A stretch of DNA of 63,980 nucleotides, counting the filler. It is 10 parts of 10 records of this genome, joined end to end, with 100 filler letters (N's around TTAATTAATTAA, not from the genome) between each part and the next. Parts side by side here need not be neighbours in the genome. Positions count along the whole stretch, not along the records: positions 14,244 to 20,688 come from SRR31147125_62827; positions 20,789 to 26,880 come from SRR31147125_62880; positions 26,981 to 33,687 come from SRR31147125_62891; 7 more parts are not named here. One strand, written 5' to 3'. Made by a program: the position numbers and the translations under genes. The notes beneath the pieces are model-generated. The model saw nothing but the letters and a program-made list of their open reading frames with translations, did no database searches and was not told the origin of the DNA. Below are positions 18,250-29,659 of this stretch, in pieces. Positions within the stretch are counted from its first letter, which is position 1, and each line of letters begins with the position of its first letter.

Positions 18250-20688
18250 TTGAAAACTAAACTAATAAGCTATTTCATGAATAAAATTCGAATAGTATTG
18301 CTGGGGATAGTAGTAAGCGTTTTGCTCAGTTGTAATACGGATAAAAACACCAAATCAGCAGATTCTAAAACTCGGCCTTCCCATCGGGGATTAACAATGA
18401 TTACTCCTGCATCGCAATGGCGCGAAGCATTGCCTTCGGGAAACGGAACCATTGGAGCAATGGTGTACGGTGCAATCGGAACCGAACGAATTCTATTCAA
18501 CCATAATTTGCTGTGGTTTGGTGGCACAAGGTCTGAATTGCCTGACATGTCGCAAGAATTGCCGCTTGTGCGCAAAATGATGTTGGAAGGGAATTACGGG
18601 CCCGCCAATATGCACTACGTCAATAAAATGATAGAGAAAGGCTTCAACGGAAAACATGCCGACTATCATCCTGCATTCGACATGCTGCTAACCATGGAGC
18701 GCGAGTTGCTTTTCGAAGATTATTCGCGAACGCTTAATTTTGAAACCGGAGAAATTGAAGTGAAGTGGAGAGATGGGGATACCAAATATTCGCGTCGCTT
18801 GTTTGTTTCTATTCCCGACGATATTTCGGTGGTTTCTTTAAAAGCCAATAAAAAAAATGCCATTAATGGTGCAGTTACTTTAGATATTCACGACCTGCGC
18901 GATGCGGTGAATATGCATGGCAAGCAGTTCGACCCAGGTTTTTCGTTTCAAACCATTGTGGATGGAGAGTTTGTGGAGTTCCGTGCCGATGGAACCGACG
19001 GCGGCGAATTTGGTGGCCTTGTTCGGGTTATTGCAAAAAATGGAAAAACGGGTGAAAAAGAAGGAGAACGTTTGCATTTCAGTGCACATAAATCCGGTGA
19101 TTTTATTACGTTTAGTAATGCTGATGAGTTGGTGCTTATGGTTGCCCTTTACGCCAACGAGCCCGGAGAAAAAGCTGTGCCCCGATTGAAAAAACAACTT
19201 GCCGGCTTCGATGCCGATTACGAAGCGTTGTTTAATCGTCACAAGGATATTCACAGCGAACTTTTTAAGCGTGTGGGGATTACTATAAATACCGATGGCG
19301 AAAGAGATACTCCAAATGAAAAATTATTGTTGGATGCGTATCAAAATAAGGCCTCAAAAGAGTTGATTGAAAAATTGGCTGATTACGGTAGGTATCTATT
19401 GATTTCCAGTAGTCGAGAAGGTGGAGTTCCGGCAAACCTGCAGGGATTATGGAATGGCGATTACGCACCGCCCTGGCACGGACACTACGGAAATAACGAA
19501 AACATTCAGATGAATTACTGGCAGGCCATGCCGGGTAATTTAAGCGAGTCGATGTTGGCATTTTTCGATTTTTTCGATGCACACATGGACGAATTCCGTT
19601 ACAACGCCAAACAACTTTGGGGATGCCGTGGAATCTATATTCCTCCGTTTATGACACCGGCAAACCCCGTTACGGTTGAAAACCAGGCACACACCATAAA
19701 CTGGACAGAAGCGGCCGGTTGGTTAGCATCGTTTTACTACGATTATTATTTGTTTACTGGGGATGAAGAGTTCCTCGAAAAGCGTGCAGTTCCATTTCTA
19801 AAAGAAACCGCTTTGTTCTACGAAGATTTTATCATTAAAGATGAGAAGGGCAAGAATATGTTTGTCCCATCTGAATCGCCGGAAAATCAGCCGGCCGATA
19901 AAGTTTGGTTTAATCCGGAAACCGGACGTAACGAAAGCATTCGCATTCAAATTAACTCAACAATGGCTGTTGCAGTTTCAAAAGAGGTGTTTACAAACTT
20001 GGTTACTGCTTGCGAAATTTTAGATATCGAAAAAGAGGGTATAAAACGATGGAAATCGTTGTTGGCAGCTATGCCCGAATACGAAATAAACGAAGACGGT
20101 GCCATGCGCGAATGGTTACATCCTGATTTTGATGATAATTACGAACATCGTCACGAATCGCATGTCTACCCGATTTTCCCGGGGCACGAAGTAACTTTGG
20201 AATCGAATCCTGAAATTTATGAGGCTTGTAGAATTGCCATTGAAAAACGAAAAACCATTGGTTTAAAAGCACAAACCGGTTGGTCGATGGCACACATGTC
20301 GAATGTTTATGCACGTTTGGGGCAAGGCGATAAAGCCAAAGAAGCCCTTGATATTTTGGCGCGTTGTTGCCTGGGGCAAAACCTGTTTACCTACCACAAC
20401 GATTGGCGTTATATGGGTGTTACAGGAAGTGGTTTCTGGGGAAAATCTGCCCCTTTTCAAATGGATGCTAATTTCGGAATAACCGCTGCTTTGTACGAAA
20501 TGTTATGTGGTTCAAACGCCGAAATGCTTCGAATCTTACCTTCGCTACCAGCCGATTTTACATCTGGAGAGTTTCACGGTATGCTAACTCGTGTTGGAGT
20601 AACTACTTTGGCGAATTGGGATATGGATAAAAAACAAATCAATATTAGCTTGCTAGCAGAACGCGACACCGATTTTACCATCCAATTT
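18250..20688 (+). CDS. GH95 alpha-L-fucosidase (3' truncated)
   Basis: WREALPSGNGTIGAM, YGRYLLISSSR, PANLQGLWN, NENIQMNYW, SESPEN, HRHESH, FQMDANFG. Confidence 0.93.
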
Positions 20689-20788
20689 NNNNNNNNNNNN
20701 NNNNNNNNNNNNNNNNNNNNNNNNNNNNNNNNTTAATTAATTAANNNNNNNNNNNNNNNNNNNNNNNNNNNNNNNNNNNNNNNNNNNN
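20689..20788. other. Artificial contig-joining spacer
   Basis: N44-TTAATTAATTAA-N44. Confidence 0.99.
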
Positions 20789-21466
20789 AAACCTACCGTC
20801 TCCCGTAATTGAAAAATTTCCAATATTCCAATCTACCATTACAGGTATGGTCTCAATTTCGGTTGTATAATTTACTTTATCAACATTGTTCAGAAAACTA
20901 TCGGTATGGCGCAATATCAAATCTTTATGCTCCTCGCGCATTTTTATTTCGCTCTTATGTATCGAGCGTTTCAATTTCTGCATATCGGTAACCACACTTT
21001 TCGACGAATGCGGAAGTTGATTGGTAACATTGGTACAAGCCTTATGAAAACGAGCTAACTCGCGTCCCATTTTTTTTATGTGCTTTTCTTCAAGCCGGCG
21101 AGGTAATTTTTTTCGAATCTGAATGGGATTATAAAAAACCACCCAGGCACTTCGGTCGCGCTCGTGATAACGATAAATAAACAACTCGTTACGTTTTACC
21201 AACGATTGCGCCAAAAACATTTGATAAGGATGCTCAAGATTATTGGCCAGATTATTTATAATAATATGATCTTCCCTAAAATCTTCGAAGGTACCGTACT
21301 CCGACAGCTTTGCAAATACAGGCTCTCGGGTATAAAAAGAGATTTTGTACACATGATTGGTCGACACCATGGCACTAACGTCGAATACACCTTTAATTTC
21401 ATGCCTGTCATTATCGAATTCTCTCCAGGCAAACTTTATTATTTGTGCATAGTCCAGCTTCTGCAT
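20789..21466 (-). CDS. APH / choline-kinase-like phosphotransferase (3' truncated)
   Basis: STNHVYKI...VFAKL, MGRELARFH, Brenner-like VDWNIGNF. Confidence 0.7.
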
Positions 21467-21500
21467 TTTCTCTACGTTTTATTGAGTTATACAAATAAAC

Positions 21501-22862
21501 TTAAATAATTTCGAAATACCTTTTCAACTCCCAGTTGGAATCGTTTTTATCTATTTGCTGGCATTCCCATTCTCTCGTTTTCGTAAAATGTTTTACGAAC
21601 GCTTCTCCAAACAACTCATTTGCAATCTCCGATTTTGCCATTTTTTCGGTGGCCGCTTCAAGACTATTGGGCAATACTCCATTCTTCAATTCTCTATATC
21701 CGTTACCGGTTGTTGGTTCAATTTCTAAGGTCAGTTTATTTTTTATGCCGTACAAACCTGCTGCCAACGAAGCCGCCAAAGCAAGATAAGCATTAGTATC
21801 GGAACCCGGAACCCGCAATTCTAATCGCGTTGATTTACTGCTTCCTGGAATTGCCCGAATGGCAGTGGTTCGATTATCAATTCCCCAGGTTAATGTAGAT
21901 GGTGCCCAGTCGCCGCCACTCAAACGTTTGTAGCTGTTCGGATTTGGTGCCAGCATAGGTAAAATTTCAGGCAAACACTTCAACTGTCCGGCAATGTAAT
22001 GTTTCATTAAATTACTAATGCCCGATTTTCTATATTCATCATAAAACAAGTTCTGTTTTCTTTCTGCATCCCATAAACTCTGATGAATATGCCCTCCGCA
22101 ACCCGGTAGATTCTGATTCCACTTGGCCATAAATGTTGCAACAAAATTATGTCGGTAAGCAATTTCTTTTACAGCTGTTTTAAATAACATTGCTTTGTCT
22201 GCTGCTTCTAAAATTTCATCATAAACAACAGTAGCTTCCAAAACTCCCGGACCGGTTTCGGTGTGTATTCCTTCAAGCGGAATATTAAACTGAAGCAGCA
22301 ATTCATACAAATCGTTAAAATAGACATGGTTAAGCGAACTTCGAAGAATAGAGTAACCAAACATTACAGGAGTTATTGGCCTTAACTCATCGAATCCTTT
22401 TTCATAAATTTCATTGGGCGTTCCTATAAAATTAAACCACTCAAACTCCTGAGAAAAAACCGGTTTAAAACCTAAATCATGGCACTCGTTAGCAACCCTC
22501 ATCAATAAACTACGCGAACAAACTGAATCTGCGTATTTCTTATCACCGCTAAAATCACCCAATAAAAAGGGAGCTGATTCCTCCCATGGTATTTCGCGGT
22601 ACGTATTTAAATCGAGCCTTGCTTTTGCATCGGGATAACCACTATGCCAGCCCGTTACTTCAGAATTTTCGTAACATTTATCATTACAATCCCAACCGAA
22701 TATTACATCGCAGAAACCAAGTCCAGATTTAACGCTATCAAAAAATTTATCTTTATGAATATATTTTCCTCTTAACACCCCATCGATGTCGGCAAATGCA
22801 ATTTTTACTTTCGAATGTGCCGATTCCTTAATTCTTTCTTTTACATCGTCTCTCTTCATCAA
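21501..22862 (-). CDS. Glutamine synthetase-like gamma-glutamyl ligase (GSI fold)
   Basis: DIDGVLRGK, EFEWF, HTETGPGVLE, ATFMAK, GGHIHQSL, NSYKRL, DNRT...RLELR; GDWAP in place of GYEAP. Confidence 0.85.
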   Translation of the reverse strand: MMKRDDVKERIKESAHSKVKIAFADIDGVLRGKYIHKDKFFDSVKSGLGFCDVIFGWDCNDKCYENSEVTGWHSGYPDAKARLDLNTYREIPWEESAPFLLGDFSGDKKYADSVCSRSLLMRVANECHDLGFKPVFSQEFEWFNFIGTPNEIYEKGFDELRPITPVMFGYSILRSSLNHVYFNDLYELLLQFNIPLEGIHTETGPGVLEATVVYDEILEAADKAMLFKTAVKEIAYRHNFVATFMAKWNQNLPGCGGHIHQSLWDAERKQNLFYDEYRKSGISNLMKHYIAGQLKCLPEILPMLAPNPNSYKRLSGGDWAPSTLTWGIDNRTTAIRAIPGSSKSTRLELRVPGSDTNAYLALAASLAAGLYGIKNKLTLEIEPTTGNGYRELKNGVLPNSLEAATEKMAKSEIANELFGEAFVKHFTKTREWECQQIDKNDSNWELKRYFEII

Positions 22863-23127
22863 GTCCTGAATTTTACAGAAAAATAAAGCATGTGCCCTTA
22901 TTTTTCAAACATTAAAGTAAAATAACGGAAAAAATTTCAACCACCACAAATAGCCCCGAAAAATAAAATACGCATTTCAAATCGCCTACCCCCTGTTTTA
23001 AACCCCCAAGAATAAAAACTATATTAATTTCACAAAAACAAGCACCAAAAAGCCACCTCAATTCGGCAAAATTTCTTTATTTTTGATAACAAGACAAAAT
23101 ATACAAAACAGACTTAAATTTCGTAAA

Positions 23128-25317
23128 ATGGCAGAATTTAGATTTAAAGCACTCGACGAGGTGCTAAACCGTAAACCTGATGATATTGTCAGGGAAGAAA
23201 ACCTGGTATCGGACTACTATGGAATGATGGTATTCGACAGGACAAAAATGAAAAAGTACCTATCAAAAGAGGCCTACAAAGCCGTAATTGATGCAACAGA
23301 AAAGGGTACCACAGTAGACAGAAAGATGGTTGATCAGGTTGCCCAGGGAATGAAAGCCTGGGCCATTGAAAATGGCGCTACCCACTACACGCACTGGTTT
23401 CATCCATTAACCGATGGCACTGCCGAAAAACACGATGCTTTTATCGTTCACGGTGCCGATGGTGGAGTTATTGAATCATTTTCAGGAAATCTGCTTTCGC
23501 AGCAAGAACCCGATGCTTCGTCGTTCCCAAGCGGCGGTATTCGTCAAACATTCGAAGCTCGCGGCTACACGGCATGGGACCCAACTTCGCCTGCTTTTAT
23601 TAACGAAACAACTTTAACAATACCAACAATATTTATTTCGTATACCGGCGAAGCACTCGATTACAAAACTCCGCTTTTGCGTGCGCTAACTTCTGTAAAC
23701 AAAGCAGCAACCAATGTTTGCCAGTATTTCGATAAGAATGTTACATCGGTTCAGGCAAACCTGGGTTGGGAACAAGAATATTTTCTTATCGACGAAGCAT
23801 TGTACATGGCTCGTCCCGATCTTGTTTTAACAGGAAGAACTTTAATGGGGCACTCGTCGTCGAAAGACCAGCAGTTAGACGACCACTATTTTTCTTCAAT
23901 TCCTACCCGTGCCAATCGTTTTATGCAGGATGTTGAAAACGAAGCATATAAATTAGGAATTCCTGTAAAAACCCGTCATAACGAGGTGGCTCCAAACCAA
24001 TTTGAGTTTGCCCCAATTTACGAAGAGGCAAACCTTGCCAACGACCACAACCAGCTGATGATGGACATTATGCAAAAAATTGCGCGCCGTCATAAATTCA
24101 GAATTCTTTTCCACGAAAAACCATTTGCAGGCATTAACGGTTCCGGAAAACACAACAACTGGTCGTTAGAAACCGACACCGGAGTTAACCTGTACAAGCC
24201 GGGTAAAAATCCAAAAACGAACTTACAGTTTTTAACCTTTGTAATTAACACACTTCAGGCAGTTTACGACGGACAAGATTTATTACGTGCCAGCATTTTA
24301 ACAGCATCTAACTCTCACAGATTGGGAGCCAACGAAGCTCCTCCATCAATACTTTCAGTATTCCTGGGTTCTGAAGTTTCGAAAATGCTCGACCTGATGG
24401 AAGAAGCAGTTGTTGACCGCAAAATGACACCGGATGAAAAAACTGCACTAAAATTAAATATCGGTCGTATTCCTGAAATTATTCTCGACAATACCGACCG
24501 TAACCGTACTTCGCCATTCGCATTTACCGGAAACCGTTTCGAGTTCCGTGCTGTTGGTTCATCGGCAAACAACGCCTCGGCTCTAATTGTTTTAAACACC
24601 CTGGTTTCCTGCCAGCTACAAAAATTTAAAATTGCTGTTGACGCATTGATAGAAAAAGGCGTTAAGAAAGACGAAGCCATTTTCCAGATGCTGAAAGATA
24701 TAATTATTAAATCGAAACCCATTCGTTTTAACGGCGATGGTTACAGCGACAACTGGATAAAAGAAGCCGAAAAACGTGGATTAAGCAACATCAATAATGT
24801 ACCTGATTCTTTGGCGGCTTATCTTAAACCTGAGAGCAAGAAATTATTCGGAGATCTTGGCATATTTAACGAAGCAGAGCTGGTAGGTCGTGTTGAGGTA
24901 GAATACGAAAAATTTGTAATGAAAATACAGATTGAATCGCGTGTTTTGGCCGACATTGCCATTAACCACATTGTTCCTACTGCAGTTCAGTACCAAACCA
25001 TGCTTCTCGAAAATGTTAAGAACCAAAAAGAAGTCTTCTCTCCTGAAGAATTTAAAACTTTAGCCAGCGGAAGAATTGAGCTGATTAAAGAAATTGGTGG
25101 TCATGTTTCGGCAATAAAAGCCAAACGCAAAAAAATGACAGATGCCCGTGCCAAGGCAAATGTTATTGAAGACATACATGAAAAAGCACGTGTTTACCAC
25201 GAAACCGTTCGTCCGTTCCTTGATGAAATAAGGAACCACATTGACAAACTGGAATTGATTGTAGACAACGAAAAATGGCCATTGCCAAAGTACCGCGAGC
25301 TACTTTTTGTACGATAA
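23128..25317 (+). CDS. glnA: Glutamine synthetase type III
   Basis: GATHYTHWFHPLT, AEKHD, QQEPDASSFPSGG, FEARGYTAWD, GWEQEYFL, TRHNEVAP, DRNRTSPFAFTGNRFEFR; ATG 23128 preferred over ORF-track start 23083. Confidence 0.95.
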   Translation: MAEFRFKALDEVLNRKPDDIVREENLVSDYYGMMVFDRTKMKKYLSKEAYKAVIDATEKGTTVDRKMVDQVAQGMKAWAIENGATHYTHWFHPLTDGTAEKHDAFIVHGADGGVIESFSGNLLSQQEPDASSFPSGGIRQTFEARGYTAWDPTSPAFINETTLTIPTIFISYTGEALDYKTPLLRALTSVNKAATNVCQYFDKNVTSVQANLGWEQEYFLIDEALYMARPDLVLTGRTLMGHSSSKDQQLDDHYFSSIPTRANRFMQDVENEAYKLGIPVKTRHNEVAPNQFEFAPIYEEANLANDHNQLMMDIMQKIARRHKFRILFHEKPFAGINGSGKHNNWSLETDTGVNLYKPGKNPKTNLQFLTFVINTLQAVYDGQDLLRASILTASNSHRLGANEAPPSILSVFLGSEVSKMLDLMEEAVVDRKMTPDEKTALKLNIGRIPEIILDNTDRNRTSPFAFTGNRFEFRAVGSSANNASALIVLNTLVSCQLQKFKIAVDALIEKGVKKDEAIFQMLKDIIIKSKPIRFNGDGYSDNWIKEAEKRGLSNINNVPDSLAAYLKPESKKLFGDLGIFNEAELVGRVEVEYEKFVMKIQIESRVLADIAINHIVPTAVQYQTMLLENVKNQKEVFSPEEFKTLASGRIELIKEIGGHVSAIKAKRKKMTDARAKANVIEDIHEKARVYHETVRPFLDEIRNHIDKLELIVDNEKWPLPKYRELLFVR

Positions 25318-25341
25318 TTTTTTTGTTTAAAATAATTCGAA

Positions 25342-25377
25342 GAAAGACTTTCCTGTTTTTGGGAAAGTCTTTTTTTT
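25342..25377 (+). terminator. Rho-independent terminator
   Basis: AAAGACTTTCC-loop-GGAAAGTCTTT plus T-run just after the GSIII stop. Confidence 0.85.
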
Positions 25378-25455
25378 ATTGATTTATACTGAACTAAACA
25401 ATCGGGCGTTATTATAAAAATTGTTTTACTTTTACTTCCCGAAATTTTACAGGGT

Positions 25456-26880
25456 ATGAAGCAGGTCAGGTTAGCCATATTTACACTATTAATTATTATC
25501 ATAAGCGCATGTAGCACTTCGCGTTACGGGCGCGATGCAACACTTTCGCAAGACATTGGCGAATACTACAAAGCCATAGAAAGATTCAAAAAAGCTAGAA
25601 AGAAAGAGAAAAACCGGCAGAAACGAATTGCCTATGCTTATAATATTGCTGAATGTTACAGGGCTATTGGTTTGTACGAATACGCTTCGCAGAATTACAA
25701 ATTTGCTATCCGCCTGGGTTACCCCGACAATGAGGCACTTTTAAAATATGCCGAAATGTTGCGTATTACTCAAAAATACGAAGATGCAACCGAAACTTAC
25801 CGTACGTATTTAGATTCGGTTCCGGGCGACCAACGTGCTTTAGACGGGCTGGCTGCCATGCGCAAAACACAAGAGTGGGTAGCCAAACCAACCCGCCATA
25901 TTATTAACCCGATAAAAGAAATAAACTCGCGCGAAAGCGACTTTGCCCCGGTATTTGTGAGCGGGCGCGACAATGAAATTATATTTACTTCGGCCCGAAA
26001 AGGCTCAACCGGTAAAAAACAAAGTATGATTACCGGCCAAATTTACGCCGATTTATATCGGGCAACCTTTGGTGTTCAACGTCAGAAATGGCAAAAACCC
26101 CAATTACTCGACGAAGTACTTATTATAAATACCAGCGATGAAGAAGGTGCGGCAACACTTTCATCAACCGGAGAAGAAATGATTTTCACCCGCTGCCGTT
26201 ACGATAAATCTCAGGCAATGGGAACCGAATTATATTCCACATCACAATCACGTGGTTCATGGTCAGATCCAATTAAAGTTGAAGTTGTTGGCGATAGTAT
26301 TATTGCCGCACACCCTGCTTTAAGTGCCGATGGTTCGACACTTTATTTTGTTTCGGACAAGCCTGGCGGACAAGGTGGAAAAGACATTTGGATGGCAACA
26401 GCTAATGGTGGCGCGTATAGCACCCCGGTAAATATGGGCTCCGCAATTAATACTCCCGGCGATGAAATGTTCCCCTTTGCACGCGATAACGGAGAACTTT
26501 ACTTTGCATCTAACGGTCATCCCGGAATGGGGGGATTCGACCTGTTTGTTGCAGCAAAAGACGAGGAAAACAACTGGACAGTAGAAAATATGGGTTCGCC
26601 AATGAACTCGTCGGCTGATGACTTTGGAATTGCTTTTGTTACCAACGAAAACAAGGGAATGTTTACTTCGAACCGGAAAGGTTCGGTCAGCGACGATATT
26701 TATTCGTTTGTTGTTCCTCCAAAGATTTACCAGTTTAATGCTCAAATTTATAATAAAGAAACCAACTCAAGACTCGATGGAGCGACCTTACGCGTAATTG
26801 GAACCGATGGAACAAACCTAAAAGTTCGTGCAAAAAACGGCAGGTTCAAGATGAAGTTAAAGCCTGAAACCGAATATATT
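25456..26880 (+). CDS. PorE-like OmpA-family lipoprotein (TPR + PD40 repeats; 3' truncated)
   Basis: Lipobox IISAC; TPR helices; PD40 repeats HPALSADGSTLYFVSD...GGKDIW, INTPGDEMFP, GHPGMGGFDLF, NSSADDFG. Confidence 0.85.
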
Positions 26881-26980
26881 NNNNNNNNNNNNNNNNNNNN
26901 NNNNNNNNNNNNNNNNNNNNNNNNTTAATTAATTAANNNNNNNNNNNNNNNNNNNNNNNNNNNNNNNNNNNNNNNNNNNN
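26881..26980. other. Artificial contig-joining spacer
   Basis: N44-TTAATTAATTAA-N44. Confidence 0.99.
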
Positions 26981-27535
26981 TTAACCTATATCGCTATGGA
27001 GCATCCGCATGAGGTGACAGAAACACTGGAGGTGATTCACGAATCCGACAGAAAGCTCTGGGACATCACGGCAAAGGCTCCCGGTAAAATTGCTTTTATC
27101 GCTGATAATATGGATGAAGCACTTTATAGTCCGATGAATTATGAACGCTTTTGTTTGCCCGTTTATCAGGAAATGACAGATCTTTTTCATCAACATGGGA
27201 AAATTGTTCTGGCCCACATGGATGGGCGGTTGAAAAATTTACTACCCATGGTAAAAGACTCCGGCATAGATGTGCTGGATGGCTGTACTCCAGCGCCAAT
27301 GAATAATTTTAGTGTACAGGAATTGGCTCAGGCACTTGGTACGAAACAGTATGCTTATTGCGGTATCCCGTCCAATTTTTTTGTCGATGGTAAAGCTGAG
27401 AACGAGATTCTTGATTTCGCACGGATGATTGTCACTGAAATGGATGAAAAGGTTATTCTAAATGTGGGTGATATTATGCCGGAACGTGGTGACATAAATA
27501 TGATCAGAAAGATCCGTGAATGTATTGCATATTAA
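26981..27535 (+). CDS. Uroporphyrinogen decarboxylase / MtaA-like family protein (5' truncated)
   Basis: SPMNYERFCLPVY, LAHMDG, SGIDVLDGCTPAP motifs. Confidence 0.75.
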   Translation, partial: LTYIAMEHPHEVTETLEVIHESDRKLWDITAKAPGKIAFIADNMDEALYSPMNYERFCLPVYQEMTDLFHQHGKIVLAHMDGRLKNLLPMVKDSGIDVLDGCTPAPMNNFSVQELAQALGTKQYAYCGIPSNFFVDGKAENEILDFARMIVTEMDEKVILNVGDIMPERGDINMIRKIRECIAY

Positions 27536-27687
27536 TCAAAGCAATAAAATATACATGTTGTAAAAGAAGCAACCTTTTCCAGTCCATTGGGTAAAAAGAG
27601 ATCTAATAATGGACTCTAATTCAAAAATTGATTAAAAACTTGTGTTGATATTACCAGCTACAAGAAATCATTTTTAGAGAGGAAAGC

Positions 27688-29659
27688 ATGAACGAACTTA
27701 CTCGATTGAATTCGCCGGATTACCTTATCATTGGTGTTTATATGGCTATCATGGTGGTCATTGGATTTGTAATGATGCGTTTTAATAAAGATGCTGAGGA
27801 CTATTTTCGTGGCGGTAATATGATGCCATTTTGGTTGGCTGGTGTATCCTTGTTTATGTCAGGATTCAGTGCCTGGGCTTTTACTGGTGGGGCTGGAATC
27901 GCATATTTGGGAGGAACTCTTGCCTTTGGTCTATTTTGGGCAAATGTATTAGCCTATCTTGTCGGTTACATGGTCTATGCAGTTCGGTGGCGACGTACAC
28001 GTTCTTTAACCATAGTGGAATATCTCAGTGAGCGTTATGATAAAAATGTACACCAGTTTATTTCCTGGTCAAATTTACCCATTGCATTACTGCAGGGGGG
28101 AATAGGGCTGTTTTCTCTTAGTATTTTTATTGCTTCAGCCACTAACCTTCGTATTCATTGGATCATTGTTATAAGCGGTCTGGTGATTTTGGTTTATACG
28201 ATGTTTGGTGGTTTTTGGGCTGTATGTATGACAGATACCATTCAGTTTTTAATTTTAATGCCCCTGGCCTTAATTGTACTAGTTGTGAGTGTCATTTACG
28301 TGGGCGGGCCCGGAGCCTTAATCGACAAATTGCCAACAGGTTTTTGGTTGCCTTATAATGAGGCCGCTCATTTTAGCAAGATTTATATTTTGGTGAATTT
28401 TATTGCTATGATTTTTATGTTCAATTCTGGTGGAGCTGCGCAACGATATTTTTCATCAAGAGATGAAAATGAAGCCAAAAAGATTGCTCTCATCACGATT
28501 TTCTTCTGTTTTGTAGGTCCAGTAATTTGGCTCGTTCCGCCCATGGTAGCCCGGGTTGTTTTTCCGGATATCGCACAAACAGCCAACCAAATGGGCTCAT
28601 TAGGATTAAACAGCCCCGAGAAGCTTCATATGTTTTTATGTGTTTGAAACTATTACCCCATGGATTGATTGGCCTTTTTGTGGCCGGAATGTTTTCCGCT
28701 ACAATGTCTTCCTTGTCAACCTCCTATAATATGATTGCCGGTGTTGTAACAAAAGATATCATTGGAACGGTTTTTATCAAAGATCCGTCATCAAAAAGAC
28801 TTCACCAAATTGGGCGACTGGTAACTCTGATCATGGGTGTGCTGGTGATTCTAACAGCCTTGTTGTATACAGCCTATAGCAACGGTGGCGTTTTTGATAT
28901 ACTTGTCAAAGTGACCGGTGCGTTTGGATTCCCCATTGCAATTCCTATTTTGTATGGTCTTGTATCTAAAAAAACACCCTCGTGGGTTCCTTATCTAATT
29001 ATCGTCGTAGGCATTTTTCAGGGTGCTATCATTGGGTTTGCTGATTTGGAGCATGTCTTTGGATTTGAATTTCCTTATCTATTTCAAATTGTCGTTCTTT
29101 CGATTATTTATTTTGTGCCTGGATTGCTCTTTAATCCACAGCCTTATCCCTCGCAAAAAGACCGATTTTATGCCCGAACTATATTATACGGAGGAATGCT
29201 CTTTTTCTGGCTTATGGTTATTTCCTGTTTTGCCACTTGCCGGAAGCCAATCTTGTATGGGCTGAAAAAATTGTTTTTCAATTATTCAGCAGTCCGGTAT
29301 GGATGTTAGCCTATTTTATTATCAGTATTGGATTGACTGAATTTATTTGTCGTTTGAATGTTACACCGCCCAATCAAGAGTACCTCAATCGGGTTGATCA
29401 TTTTTTCAATAAATTAGACACACCCGTGAATGTTAAAAAAGAGATCAGTGAAGATTTTGACGATAGTGATGCTCATCACTCCAGCATGAGAATATTAGGT
29501 TATGTGATGGTTGGAGTGGCTTTTTTTATGTATTTTTTCCTCTTGATTCAAATGACGAATCAGGAAAAATGGATCACAATTGCTGCGGCCACATTAAATC
29601 TGTTCATTGGCTTGGGATTGCTGGCAATCGGTAAAAAAAGACAAAAAAGGAATATATAA
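27688..29659 (+). CDS. Sodium:solute symporter (SSS), split by two frameshifts (near 28615 and 29235)
   Basis: DYFRGG, SGFSAWAFTG, GGFWAVCMTD, QRYFS, LPHGLIGLFVAGMFSATMSS spread over three overlapping ORFs. Confidence 0.85.
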
